Part shown: piece after piece, positions 28,741 through 38,573 of the stretch
Layout of the letters: each line of letters opens with the position of its first letter
Numbering within the stretch: the first letter of the stretch is position 1
From: a virus
Taxonomy: Duplodnaviria > Caudoviricetes
IMG/VR virus record: IMGVR_UViG_3300029305_005280
Reading direction: 5' to 3' (one strand)
DNA length: 64,000 bases
Program-made: the position numbers and the translations under genes
The notes under the pieces: generated by a model
What the model saw: only the letters and a program-made list of their open reading frames with translations
The model's database searches: none
Told to the model about the DNA's origin: nothing

Positions 28741-29651
28741 CACTTGAGGAATTTAAAACTTCGATAGAACAAAAAACAGTGGGTAATCAGCTGGTTATAT
28801 TTGTATATGAAGATGTGCCATTTGTAGCTGACCAGTATATTCGTGAAATTGCAAAAATCAAAGAACAAAAAATACAATATCTTGAATCAATTGATAGTTT
28901 ATCAAGTGGAGTTGCAGATATATTTGGAATGTCCGATGTAAAAGACGGTATAAGAGTATACCGAACAAAAGAAATTGAAACGCTATCAGATAAGTTAAGA
29001 TATGAAACAGACTTATATATAGTAGTTAACAAGATAAAAGATAAGGACATTTTATCCATATACTCGGAGTATATTATCAATATTCCTAAACTTGAAGGCT
29101 GGCAATTGAAAGATTATATGTATTCAGTTGCCGAGGGTGTAGACCACAAATCCTTGGATTGGCTTATTAGTGCAAGTGGTGAAGATATTTATAGACTTGA
29201 AAATGAACTTGATAAATTTAGGTTGTTTGGTGTGAATGAACAAAAGTATTTATTCAATGATATGCTTCATGATGGAGCCTTTGTTGATTTATCAAGTTTC
29301 AATGTATTTAACATAACAAATGCAGTCACAAGTAGGGACTATAATACCTTAAAAAATGCATTAAAAGAAATAAAAAGTTTTGATGCTGAACCCTTAGGTG
29401 TTGTGACTTTACTTTATCAAGGTTTTAAAAAACTTATACAAGTGTGGTTAGCAAAACAAGCAACACCTGATAATACAGGACTCAAGTCAAATGTGATATA
29501 CGCACTCAATAAACAGCCGAGGGTGTATACTAAGGAACAATTGATTGCTGCATTTCAACTTTTAAACAATATTGACAAAGAATTAAAAAGCGGTAATATT
29601 GAAATCAAATGGTTGATTGATTATGTCATATGCAGAGTGATGACATATTAA
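28737..29651 (+). CDS. holA: Clamp loader delta subunit
   Basis: 'DIYRLENELDKFRL', 'FNITNAV' and 'LNNIDKELKSG' delta-like signatures; follows dnaX-holB. Confidence 0.75.
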   Translation: MTLEEFKTSIEQKTVGNQLVIFVYEDVPFVADQYIREIAKIKEQKIQYLESIDSLSSGVADIFGMSDVKDGIRVYRTKEIETLSDKLRYETDLYIVVNKIKDKDILSIYSEYIINIPKLEGWQLKDYMYSVAEGVDHKSLDWLISASGEDIYRLENELDKFRLFGVNEQKYLFNDMLHDGAFVDLSSFNVFNITNAVTSRDYNTLKNALKEIKSFDAEPLGVVTLLYQGFKKLIQVWLAKQATPDNTGLKSNVIYALNKQPRVYTKEQLIAAFQLLNNIDKELKSGNIEIKWLIDYVICRVMTY

Positions 29652-29663
29652 GGAGGTTCAAGA

Positions 29664-30719
29664 ATGAGACTACTTGTTTATGCGGACCCACATTGGTGTT
29701 CATACTCAAGTATTGTTAGAAGCCGAGGTTCAAAGTATTCAACTAGATTAGAGAATCTAATTCAATCAATTAACTGGGCTGAATCATTAGCCGAGCAGCT
29801 ACAATGCGACAGGATAGTGTGCTTAGGAGATTTTTTTGACAGGGCTGAATTGAATAGTGAAGAAATTACAGCACTTCAAGAAGTTATATGGGCAAGTATG
29901 CCCCATACATTCTTAGTTGGTAATCATGAAATGGGAAGAAGTAATTTACAATTTAGCTCAGCCCATTTGTTTGATATGCCGATTGACCATACAGTTGTTG
30001 ATTCAACAGGTGTATATGATACAGGTGATGGAACACAATTGTGTTTTCTGCCATACATTTTAGAATCAAATAGGAAACCTTTGTCTGAATATTTTCCTCA
30101 GACCAACAAAAATCGAATTATCTTTTCTCATAATGATATAAAAGATATACAGATGGGAAAATTTTTATCAACTGAAGGTTTTTCTGTCAGTGAAATCGAA
30201 GAAAATTGTGACTTGTTTGTAAATGGTCATCTGCATAACTCTTCACAAGTAGGAAACAAGATTATTAACTTAGGAAATGTAACTGGACAAAATTTCAGTG
30301 AAGATGCTTCAATCTATAGACATTATGTATTACTACTTGATACTGTGGAGCATAAAATTGAATGGATTGAGAATCCTTATGCATTGAATTTCTATAAATT
30401 AGATTTTTCCACATATAGAGACAATGAAGCAGATGCAAGAGTTATATGTGAAACTATTGACAGTCTCGGGAATAATGCAGTAGTAACTATTAAAGTTTTA
30501 CCAGAGAATGATTTCTTGATAAAAGACCTTGCTGCAAACTCACCGAATTTGATTGAATATAGAATAATTATTGATATGGTTTCCGATATAAACATTCCTG
30601 TAGAGAATACACCACAAGTAACAGTGGACCATCTATCACAATTTGTTGATTATATCAAGAGTGAAGTTGGGTCATCAAAAGAAATCATTGAAGAATTAGA
30701 TAAGATTGTCGAGGGATAG
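29664..30719 (+). CDS. sbcD: SbcD/Mre11-like metallophosphoesterase nuclease
   Basis: ADPH, GDFFD, GNHE, SH and GHLH. Confidence 0.85.
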   Translation: MRLLVYADPHWCSYSSIVRSRGSKYSTRLENLIQSINWAESLAEQLQCDRIVCLGDFFDRAELNSEEITALQEVIWASMPHTFLVGNHEMGRSNLQFSSAHLFDMPIDHTVVDSTGVYDTGDGTQLCFLPYILESNRKPLSEYFPQTNKNRIIFSHNDIKDIQMGKFLSTEGFSVSEIEENCDLFVNGHLHNSSQVGNKIINLGNVTGQNFSEDASIYRHYVLLLDTVEHKIEWIENPYALNFYKLDFSTYRDNEADARVICETIDSLGNNAVVTIKVLPENDFLIKDLAANSPNLIEYRIIIDMVSDINIPVENTPQVTVDHLSQFVDYIKSEVGSSKEIIEELDKIVEG

Positions 30720-30720
30720 T

Positions 30721-32592
30721 ATGAAGTTAAATTTTAAGAATATTAAGATTGAAAACTTTCTCTCTTTAGGTAAAGTCGAAGTTAATCTTGCAGATAACGG
30801 ATACACTTTTGTTACTGGTGTGAATGAAAATCCATCTGATAATGCGTTAAGTAATGGTAGCGGAAAAAGTTCTATCTGGGAAGCAATATCGTGGTGTTTG
30901 TGTGGAGAGACAATTCGTGGTAACTGTAAAGATATTGTTAATCTAAATACTGACGGTGGAGCTCTTGTGGAGCTCAATTTCAATGTTGACGCTAAAGAAT
31001 ATAAGATTATTCGGACAAAAGAACATAAAGAATATAAAACAACCTTAAAGATTTTCATTGATGGTGAAGATGTGTCAGGAAAAGGTATTCGTGACAGTGA
31101 AAAATTGCTAAATGAATATTTACCTGATTTAACAAGTTCATTGATTGGTTCAGTTATCATTCTTGGTCAAGGAATGCCTCAACGATTTTCTAATAATACT
31201 CCGTCAGGACGTAAGGAAGTTTTAGAGAAACTTTCAAAATCTGATTTCATGATTCAAGACTTAAAGAATAGGATTTCAAACAGAAAGTCAAAACTGTCAG
31301 AAGATTTGAGAACAGTTGAAGATAACATATTGAAGCAAACAACAACTCTCAGTATTTGTGAGCAGAATAAATCAAAAGATGAAAATCTGTTAGATTCCTT
31401 TAAGAATGTTGTTGATTATGTTGCATTATTGGAGGAAGCTAAGAAAGCACTTTTTCAATCAAAAGAGGAGGAAACTCAATTAAATTCTTCTTTGGTCTTA
31501 ATAAATGAAACTATTGAAAGATGCTATACTGAAAGTAGAAATTTATCCGCTCAACGAGATGCGGAACTTACTGCAATTGATACAAAATATAGAGAGCCGT
31601 TGCAAGAGTACATAAATACATGTAATGACTTATATACATCGTATCAAATTGCGGAAACAAAGTTGAGAGAACTTGAAAAGATTACTGATATATGTCCGAC
31701 ATGTAAACAAAAATTACCTGATGTTCATAAACCCAACACCGACGAGGTTAAGCATCAAGTTGAATTTTTGAATCAACAATATCTTGCACAGAAACAACTT
31801 AGAAATACATTGCAGGAAGAATACTTCTCTGAACGTAAGAGAGTTGAGGAAGAGTTCAAATCAAAAGATTCAAGTATAACTATAGAGCTCAATAGTTTAA
31901 AGCAACAAAAATTACAGCTTGAAAAATCAATAAGTTCAGTTGTTTCAACTATTCAGTCACAGAATAATTCAATCAATTCAATTCAGAATAACATAGATAA
32001 TTTGCAGAGAAACATTGATGAGTGTAATAGCAGATTATCCGAAATAAAGTTACAAATAGAAGCGTTAACACAGGATATACTGTATAATAATAATGTTAAG
32101 AGTGATTTACAAACACGGCTCGATATTATTTCAAAATTCAATACAGTTGTCACAAGAGATTTTAGAGGTTACTTGCTTTTGAATGTCATCAAGTTTATCA
32201 ACGAAAAAGCAAAGGAATATTCTCAAGATATCTTTGATACTGATAGAATTGAATTTAAACTTGATGGAAACTTATTGTCCATTACATATGATGGAAAACA
32301 GTATGAAACATTGAGTGGTGGAGAAAAACAAAAAGTTGATATTATCATTCAATTTGCAATTAGAGATATGATGTGTAAATTTCTTGGTTTTTCGTCAAAC
32401 ATTCTTGTGGTCGATGAAATATTTGATAACCTTGATAGAATAGGTTGCGAAAAAGTTATAAATCTTATTTCCACTAAATTATCAGATATCAGTAGCGTGT
32501 ACATTATATCACATCACTCTGACATTGATATACCTTATGACAGAGAACTGGTAGTTGTAAAAGATGCAAATGGTGTGAGCAAGATAAGATGA
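30721..32592 (+). CDS. sbcC: SbcC/Rad50-like SMC ATPase
   Basis: NGSGKSS, Q-loop, CPTC hook within a coiled coil, LSGGE, VDEIFDNLD and ISH. Confidence 0.92.
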   Translation: MKLNFKNIKIENFLSLGKVEVNLADNGYTFVTGVNENPSDNALSNGSGKSSIWEAISWCLCGETIRGNCKDIVNLNTDGGALVELNFNVDAKEYKIIRTKEHKEYKTTLKIFIDGEDVSGKGIRDSEKLLNEYLPDLTSSLIGSVIILGQGMPQRFSNNTPSGRKEVLEKLSKSDFMIQDLKNRISNRKSKLSEDLRTVEDNILKQTTTLSICEQNKSKDENLLDSFKNVVDYVALLEEAKKALFQSKEEETQLNSSLVLINETIERCYTESRNLSAQRDAELTAIDTKYREPLQEYINTCNDLYTSYQIAETKLRELEKITDICPTCKQKLPDVHKPNTDEVKHQVEFLNQQYLAQKQLRNTLQEEYFSERKRVEEEFKSKDSSITIELNSLKQQKLQLEKSISSVVSTIQSQNNSINSIQNNIDNLQRNIDECNSRLSEIKLQIEALTQDILYNNNVKSDLQTRLDIISKFNTVVTRDFRGYLLLNVIKFINEKAKEYSQDIFDTDRIEFKLDGNLLSITYDGKQYETLSGGEKQKVDIIIQFAIRDMMCKFLGFSSNILVVDEIFDNLDRIGCEKVINLISTKLSDISSVYIISHHSDIDIPYDRELVVVKDANGVSKIR

Positions 32593-33440
32593 CATACACA
32601 AAACCAACAAATATTTCATATACTGAAATGTGTATATATATTGATGAAAATATATATACTGATTCATTTGATGAAACAACTGTTTATCAATATTTATATC
32701 ATATCATAATGATGCTTGCAAAACAAGCACAATTGTTTAGTAGACATCATTATTATGATTCATTTGCTATATATGGAGCAAATCGAGTTTATTTTAGGTT
32801 GACAAATAAAAAACAATGGCAACCTAATGAAGATAACACTGGATATAAGATGCAAAGGATAAAGAGTGTACTTAATTATATAAAGAATATTCTTTATCAT
32901 TTGAAAGTTGATTTTGAGCAAGAGGAATATGCTCAAACATTAAAAGTTATTGAAGCTAAAGACCTTGAAGTTGATTACAGCAGAATTATATCTAATTCAG
33001 TTGATTCATTGACACTGATTGATTTTGAGAGTACACTTGGAAATGTTAATCGAACTTGCGAGAAATTTTTATCAACCCTACCATATAAGAAGACTACAAG
33101 CGAGTGGTTAAATATTTATATAAGTGTGATGTTATCATTTTTGAACAGTGTTACATTATCAAAAATGCAAGCTAAAAGAATAGCACATTTGGAGGGCACA
33201 GGAAGATTAAAAGATTCTCATATTGATAATTTTTATACTACAAATGAAAAAGGTTCCACAATATTATTTCATTTGCCAAAATCAATGGAGAATTACATAA
33301 CAGTATTAACACGACAACTTAAGCATATTGTTGCAAAAGATTTAAGTGAAATACTACATACAAATATATCGCAAGATATGATGTTATTAGAATCTGAAGC
33401 ATATATCAAGGAGTGTGAAAGTACACAAGATGAATATTAA
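32589..33440 (+). CDS. Hypothetical protein, possibly a late sigma-factor-like protein
   Basis: Sits next to sbcCD, as T4 gp55 sits next to gp46/47; loose helical similarity only. Confidence 0.3.
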   Translation: MTYTKPTNISYTEMCIYIDENIYTDSFDETTVYQYLYHIIMMLAKQAQLFSRHHYYDSFAIYGANRVYFRLTNKKQWQPNEDNTGYKMQRIKSVLNYIKNILYHLKVDFEQEEYAQTLKVIEAKDLEVDYSRIISNSVDSLTLIDFESTLGNVNRTCEKFLSTLPYKKTTSEWLNIYISVMLSFLNSVTLSKMQAKRIAHLEGTGRLKDSHIDNFYTTNEKGSTILFHLPKSMENYITVLTRQLKHIVAKDLSEILHTNISQDMMLLESEAYIKECESTQDEY

Positions 33441-33819
33441 GAATGAAATCAATAATCTTAAAACAGTAGACATCTATAGTTTAATGATGTTTGCATTATA
33501 TAAGATGAGTGATATACCTGAATATTCAGCGTTGAGTCAACTTGCATATATACTTGATAGAGATAGTTTACTTAAACTTTGTGAGTTTTATGGTGGTTTA
33601 ACTATAACAATTCCAACTGTTGATGAATTGGAAAATATGTTATATGCTTTGCTATTGTATCAAGAAGTGGATATTGAACATAAAGATTACAATAAGGCAC
33701 TTGAAGTGCTACATAAAAAAGATTTACCCATTGACATAATTGAGAATAACTATGTTAATGTTAAAGATATATTGAAAAATTACAATTTTAATTCAGGTAG
33801 AAATAAAGATGCTATTTAG
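33430..33819 (+). CDS. Mor-like transcription regulator
   Basis: 'LLKLCEFYGGLTITIP' matches the Mor-family GG..IYIP motif. Confidence 0.5.
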   Translation: MNIKNEINNLKTVDIYSLMMFALYKMSDIPEYSALSQLAYILDRDSLLKLCEFYGGLTITIPTVDELENMLYALLLYQEVDIEHKDYNKALEVLHKKDLPIDIIENNYVNVKDILKNYNFNSGRNKDAI

Positions 33820-34015
33820 GGACAAATTGTATTATATATTAGAGGAACTCAATAGTCATAAAAGAACACCTAATCAGGTTATGCAGAGTTGTATTGAAGA
33901 TAGGTTAGAGAGTTCCTTGAACTCTTACAAGCACTCTTTGGAAAATAGTTATTCTTACTTAAGCACCAAAGATGAAATGAACGTGCTTAAAAAATTAAAC
34001 AGAGGTTTAAAATGA
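33809..34015 (+). CDS. Hypothetical protein
   Basis: Coupled ORF within the operon. Confidence 0.5.
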   Translation: MLFRDKLYYILEELNSHKRTPNQVMQSCIEDRLESSLNSYKHSLENSYSYLSTKDEMNVLKKLNRGLK

Positions 34016-34338
34016 GAAATTTGCTTGAAGACCTTTCAGTTCTGACTACTGTGGGTAAGTATAACTATGAGGAATTGGCCAATAAAACAATTGCAATATT
34101 GAGTCATAATGTGGAAGAATCAATTTGTGATAAAGAGGAACTAGTTACCACTGATATTGGAATTGGCCAATTAACAATAGCGTGTGTTGATGATAGAATA
34201 TATTATAAATTCATTCCGTCACGTAAACTTGAAACCTCAATAAAAGATACGTTTAGAAATAAACAGAGTGCTCTAAAGTTAGAAATTGATGAAACACTCG
34301 GAAAAAGAATAACTAATACATATAAGGATTTGTTTTGA
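34012..34338 (+). CDS. Hypothetical protein
   Basis: Coupled ORF with GAGG RBS. Confidence 0.55.
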   Translation: MRNLLEDLSVLTTVGKYNYEELANKTIAILSHNVEESICDKEELVTTDIGIGQLTIACVDDRIYYKFIPSRKLETSIKDTFRNKQSALKLEIDETLGKRITNTYKDLF

Positions 34339-34850
34339 TGGATGAATTAGTAAAAGGAGTTCCACCGCTGGATTTAATTCCCTTGGACGAAAAAACAGCG
34401 TTGATAGCTCAGCAGATTCTTGATGAGCAAGATATTGATAAGGTAAAGGATTTAACAGCATTATTCAATCTAAATGCTCAAAAAAGAAACGTAATGAGGG
34501 TTATCAAAATGAATGGATTACTTGATAAAGTTACAGACCAAGTAATCGAACGTTTTGAAAAGTATCCTGCAAACTTTAGTAATGATGATTTGATTAAATA
34601 TATGCAAGTTACTGAAAACGCGATTGACCGGGCAAATAAAAATCTTAATCTCGTTGAGGAAACACCAGCAATTCAGCTGATGCAGAATAATCAAGTTAAC
34701 ATAAATATTGATAATGGACTTGACAGAGACTCAAGGGAAAAGGTACTAGATGCAGTTAAGGCTATATTAGCAAATGCAACCAAACCTGAACCTAAAGTAG
34801 TTGATGTTATCGAAATTAAGGAAGATAAAGGTGAAGACAATGATACCTAA
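34335..34850 (+). CDS. Hypothetical helical protein (possible terminase small subunit)
   Basis: Helical body followed by an 'NNQVNINI' strand typical of TerS-like proteins; weak support. Confidence 0.35.
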   Translation: MMDELVKGVPPLDLIPLDEKTALIAQQILDEQDIDKVKDLTALFNLNAQKRNVMRVIKMNGLLDKVTDQVIERFEKYPANFSNDDLIKYMQVTENAIDRANKNLNLVEETPAIQLMQNNQVNINIDNGLDRDSREKVLDAVKAILANATKPEPKVVDVIEIKEDKGEDNDT

Positions 34851-36051
34851 TGCAACCAAAAGAGGTCAAAATGAATCAGAACAGTCATATATTGAGAGGT
34901 TATTACTATTAAAAATAACCAAGAAAACTAAGTTGAGCTGGGCTGAAATTAGTGACCTAATATATAATAACACCGGTAGATATAAATCAGTTAATGCTTG
35001 GAAACATCAAGGTTACAAGCTATTTGATAGATTAAACAGACCTGTTGAGACTTCAAACAATGATTCTGAAGTTATTGATGAATTGAAAGATGTCATTCAG
35101 GAATACAAAAAAGAAAGAATCAAAACTCAAGAAGAAAGAACCCAGAATCAAGCATATGTTAGACGTATTGCTCGTGAGGAGTCAATCATTGAAATCGCAA
35201 AATACTTTGCTGATACAATGTCAAGTAAAAAGATTCTTCCTGAAAAGACTTGGGCTATGACATCTGACTCCACAAATGAAGCAATATTGCAGTTAAGTGA
35301 CTGGCATTATGGCATTGAGGTTAACAATTATTGGAATAAGTTTAATCCTGATATTTGTGAACAAAGAATTACTGCTTTGAGAAATGAAGTAATTAGATTT
35401 TGTCAAACTAATGAGGTAAGAAAGTTACATATTGTAAATCTGTCAGACCTTATCGCTGGCAGAATACACTCAACAATCAGACTTGAATCAAGATGTGATG
35501 TTATCAGTCAAACAATGAGAGTTGCAGAATTGCTTGCAGAATTTATCTCAGATGTTATGATAAATGCAGATGTTGAAGTTGAATACTACGATTGTCTTGA
35601 TAATCATTCAAGATTAGAGCCAATCAAATCAGATTCCCTTGAGCTTGAATCATTAGTAAGAATTATTCCTTGGTACTTAAAATTAAGACTTGAGCACTAT
35701 GATGATATAACAATACATGAAAATGAATACAGCGATGATATTATTACATTTGATGTGATGGAGGGCAGATATCGAGTAGCTGGTGTACATGGTCATAAAG
35801 ATAGACCTAACAAAGTTATCGATAGTTTGACTCTTATGACAAAAACTCACTACGATTTAATCTTAAGTGCTCATTTACATCATTTCTCGTGTGATGAAAA
35901 GAATGAAACACTACATATTAGTAATGGTTCATTGATGGGTACCGACACTTATGCAAAAGATTTAAGATTAAGTTCGAAAGCATCTCAGAATATTATATTA
36001 GTTAATGCAGATTCAGTAGCAGCTGATATCCATAGAATTATTCTTAACTAA
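34840..36051 (+). CDS. Calcineurin-like metallophosphoesterase with N-terminal HTH/coiled coil
   Basis: LSDWHYG, SDL, DNHSR, HGH and AHLHH. Confidence 0.8.
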   Translation: MIPNATKRGQNESEQSYIERLLLLKITKKTKLSWAEISDLIYNNTGRYKSVNAWKHQGYKLFDRLNRPVETSNNDSEVIDELKDVIQEYKKERIKTQEERTQNQAYVRRIAREESIIEIAKYFADTMSSKKILPEKTWAMTSDSTNEAILQLSDWHYGIEVNNYWNKFNPDICEQRITALRNEVIRFCQTNEVRKLHIVNLSDLIAGRIHSTIRLESRCDVISQTMRVAELLAEFISDVMINADVEVEYYDCLDNHSRLEPIKSDSLELESLVRIIPWYLKLRLEHYDDITIHENEYSDDIITFDVMEGRYRVAGVHGHKDRPNKVIDSLTLMTKTHYDLILSAHLHHFSCDEKNETLHISNGSLMGTDTYAKDLRLSSKASQNIILVNADSVAADIHRIILN

Positions 36052-36093
36052 TTGTATATATAAATAGTTAAGTTTCATACTATACTATAAATC

Positions 36094-36120
36094 AAAGGTA
36101 AGTCCTGAAAAGGTAAGTCC
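36094..36120 (+). repeat. 12-bp direct repeat (aaaggtaagtcc x2) upstream of a gene, possible operator
   Basis: Copies at 36094-36105 and 36109-36120. Confidence 0.6.
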
Positions 36121-36140
36121 AATTGTAAAGGAGATATAAT

Positions 36141-36554
36141 ATGAGGTACTATAGCGATGAATTAAAACAATTTTTTGACACTGAGGAAAGTTTACTTTCC
36201 GCTGAGGAAACTGCAAGACAAAAGCAGGAATCTGCAAAGGCAACAAAAGCAAAGTATGCAAAAGCAGTTGAAGATGCAGATAAGGCAGTTGATAATGCAT
36301 ATGAAGCATTGAAAAATGCAAGAGCAGAAGTGCAAAAACTTCAAGAAGAATACGATAAAAAAGTTGATTCTATCATGAATCCTGTTAGAGAACACTTGAA
36401 GCTTATGCAAAAGGAGAGAGCCGATGCAATAAGAGCATTCAATGAAAAATATGGTGTATATACAACAACTTATACTGGAACTAAAGCATTGAATGAGTTC
36501 TTGAAGCTCGATGATTTTTGTAATAATTTCTTTGACAGAAAATTCTTTTTTTAA
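36141..36554 (+). CDS. Hypothetical coiled-coil protein
   Basis: AAGGAG RBS. Confidence 0.6.
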   Translation: MRYYSDELKQFFDTEESLLSAEETARQKQESAKATKAKYAKAVEDADKAVDNAYEALKNARAEVQKLQEEYDKKVDSIMNPVREHLKLMQKERADAIRAFNEKYGVYTTTYTGTKALNEFLKLDDFCNNFFDRKFFF

Positions 36555-36620
36555 TATATAAAATTAAGAAGCTTAACTATTGACAGATAACATTTGAGAT
36601 ACTTTAAATATAGATTATGT

Positions 36621-36665
36621 ATGCCTATTATTTGATTTTACTCAAGTGGTAGGCATTTTATTTTA
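36621..36665 (+). terminator. Terminator hairpin
   Basis: Stem atgcctattatttga/tcaagtggtaggcat with a T-rich tail. Confidence 0.55.
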
Positions 36666-36685
36666 TGAAAGGATAACTTAAAGAT

Positions 36686-37018
36686 ATGGCAAGAAAAGAT
36701 TTTGATGCATACTATTTACAATTGTATAAGCAATACAATGAGTTAAAAAATAATCTTGCAGAAATGTCACAGGAAGTTAACGAAGGTATGATGCCTCCTG
36801 AACGAATGGAGCAGTTGAAAGCAACTATACAACCGGTAAAAAATAGTTTTGAAATGCTGAGCTATATTAAATACTTACTTGATAAACCTACACGTAAGTC
36901 AAAACATGAAGGGTATGCAAAAAGAAATAAAAACATACTCAAGATGAGTGAAAATAATACAGCTGATGATGTTATTCATCGTAATCAAGCTGTGCTAGAG
37001 TCTCTTAAACAACGATAA
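36686..37018 (+). CDS. Hypothetical protein
   Basis: 110-aa ORF with RBS. Confidence 0.6.
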   Translation: MARKDFDAYYLQLYKQYNELKNNLAEMSQEVNEGMMPPERMEQLKATIQPVKNSFEMLSYIKYLLDKPTRKSKHEGYAKRNKNILKMSENNTADDVIHRNQAVLESLKQR

Positions 37019-37043
37019 ATTGTATGTAAAATTGGAGATAAAT

Positions 37044-37319
37044 ATGAAAGAATTATTATCAAAAATAGGCATTACACAGCCTGGTTATTTTTCAAAAGAC
37101 AAGAATTATGTAATTGATTTTGAATCAGACGCTGAATTTAATAAGGCATTTAGCAGACTTGATAAAAGTGACCTTGTTGAAGAAAATGATGATTCGAGTG
37201 TTGTTAATCTTAATGTGACAAATGTACTGTACACTAATGAAGATTATTCACTTAATCTGATTGCTGATTTTGAGCAAGACACATATAAACTTGTTGTTAC
37301 ACAGTTAAAGGAGAACTAA
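37044..37319 (+). CDS. Hypothetical protein
   Basis: GGAG RBS before ATG 37044. Confidence 0.55.
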   Translation: MKELLSKIGITQPGYFSKDKNYVIDFESDAEFNKAFSRLDKSDLVEENDDSSVVNLNVTNVLYTNEDYSLNLIADFEQDTYKLVVTQLKEN

Positions 37320-37322
37320 AAG

Positions 37323-38081
37323 ATGTCAGCTAAGATAATTAAATTTGTTGATAAGTATGTTAAAGACATTGTTACGGACTATGATGCATTATCTGTTCGT
37401 TGTGATGAATTTGATATGACTAAAAAAGGAAAAGAATTACAAGATATTACCTTGCACCTAAAGAACACAATTCGTGCAAATCCTGATATGGTTGCATTAT
37501 CTGCTAATCAAATTGGATTTGATAAAAGAATTATCTGTTTGAATTTCAATGGTGACATTAGAACATTTGTTAATCCGATTATAACAAGAGTTGCAGGGTT
37601 TGAACTATCAAGAGAAACTTGTCATTCAATTCCTGATAAAACATTTATTAGAACAAGATATAACAAGATTGAAGTTACATATCAGACTCCGTTAGGCAAG
37701 GTTGAGTCGGTTGAATTGCTTGGCTTAGCTGCAAGAATTTTCCAGCATCATGTTGACCATCTTGATGGATTGCTTTTATCAGATATTGGACTTGAAATTG
37801 ATGCTGATTTCGACAATGCTACGGATGAAGAACGCAAGGAAGTTATTGATATGTATCTTGATTCTTTAGACTTAACACGTAAACAGTTAGAGGAAGATAT
37901 CAAGACCGACAAAGATGCACAGCAGCTTGCGGATGCAGCACGATTTATTGAAAGTGTTAGAAAAGGTGAAACAGTAGTTGAAAGTGTTCCTTTAACTGAT
38001 GATGAGATTGCCGAAATTGAAGCAATGAAAGAAGAAGCTGAAAATTCAGTCGTTGAATCTGATACGAAAGGTGACGAATAA
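37323..38081 (+). CDS. def: Peptide deformylase-like protein with altered catalytic motifs and an acidic C-terminal extension
   Basis: ALSANQIG (G1), ETCHS (normally EGCLS), QHHVDHLDG (normally QHEXDHLXG) and NP motif. Confidence 0.8.
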   Translation: MSAKIIKFVDKYVKDIVTDYDALSVRCDEFDMTKKGKELQDITLHLKNTIRANPDMVALSANQIGFDKRIICLNFNGDIRTFVNPIITRVAGFELSRETCHSIPDKTFIRTRYNKIEVTYQTPLGKVESVELLGLAARIFQHHVDHLDGLLLSDIGLEIDADFDNATDEERKEVIDMYLDSLDLTRKQLEEDIKTDKDAQQLADAARFIESVRKGETVVESVPLTDDEIAEIEAMKEEAENSVVESDTKGDE

Positions 38082-38569
38082 TGTCTATCAATAATGGTAC
38101 AATCAACGCACTGATACAATTAAATGGCGGAGACTTTGATAGTACAAAGCAACTTGAAGAGCGTGAACCCTATATTACCTCTGATTATTACATGTATGTG
38201 GGGCAAGGTGTTGAGGGAAATCTTCCTATAACACCCATTAAAGTAAGGCAGGCGGACAGAGCAGGCCTTGCTGATACTTTAGTTGCAGGGACAGTTGAAA
38301 TTAAAAATAGTGTAATCAAAGTTGCAAGTAGTATTACAATACAAGATAAATCAATAAAGTCAAACACTACAGGAAGTTCTACTCTTGAGGGCTTTAATGT
38401 AAAGAGTAATAATATTACACCAGCTTCAGGTACAGGAACTATTTCAACAATGAATTTATCAGAGATAAAGAGAATACAGCTAGTTAAAGGTCAATCATAT
38501 GGCACTGAAGCTGAAAAGAATGCTTTAACTGATGTAAAAGTAGGGCAGTTATTTTTTGTTGTGGGGTGA
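38081..38569 (+). CDS. Hypothetical, probable virion fibre-associated protein
   Basis: S/T-rich, with C-terminus 'YGT...GQLFF' typical of phage fibre proteins. Confidence 0.4.
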   Translation: MSINNGTINALIQLNGGDFDSTKQLEEREPYITSDYYMYVGQGVEGNLPITPIKVRQADRAGLADTLVAGTVEIKNSVIKVASSITIQDKSIKSNTTGSSTLEGFNVKSNNITPASGTGTISTMNLSEIKRIQLVKGQSYGTEAEKNALTDVKVGQLFFVVG

Positions 38570-38573
38570 TTAG

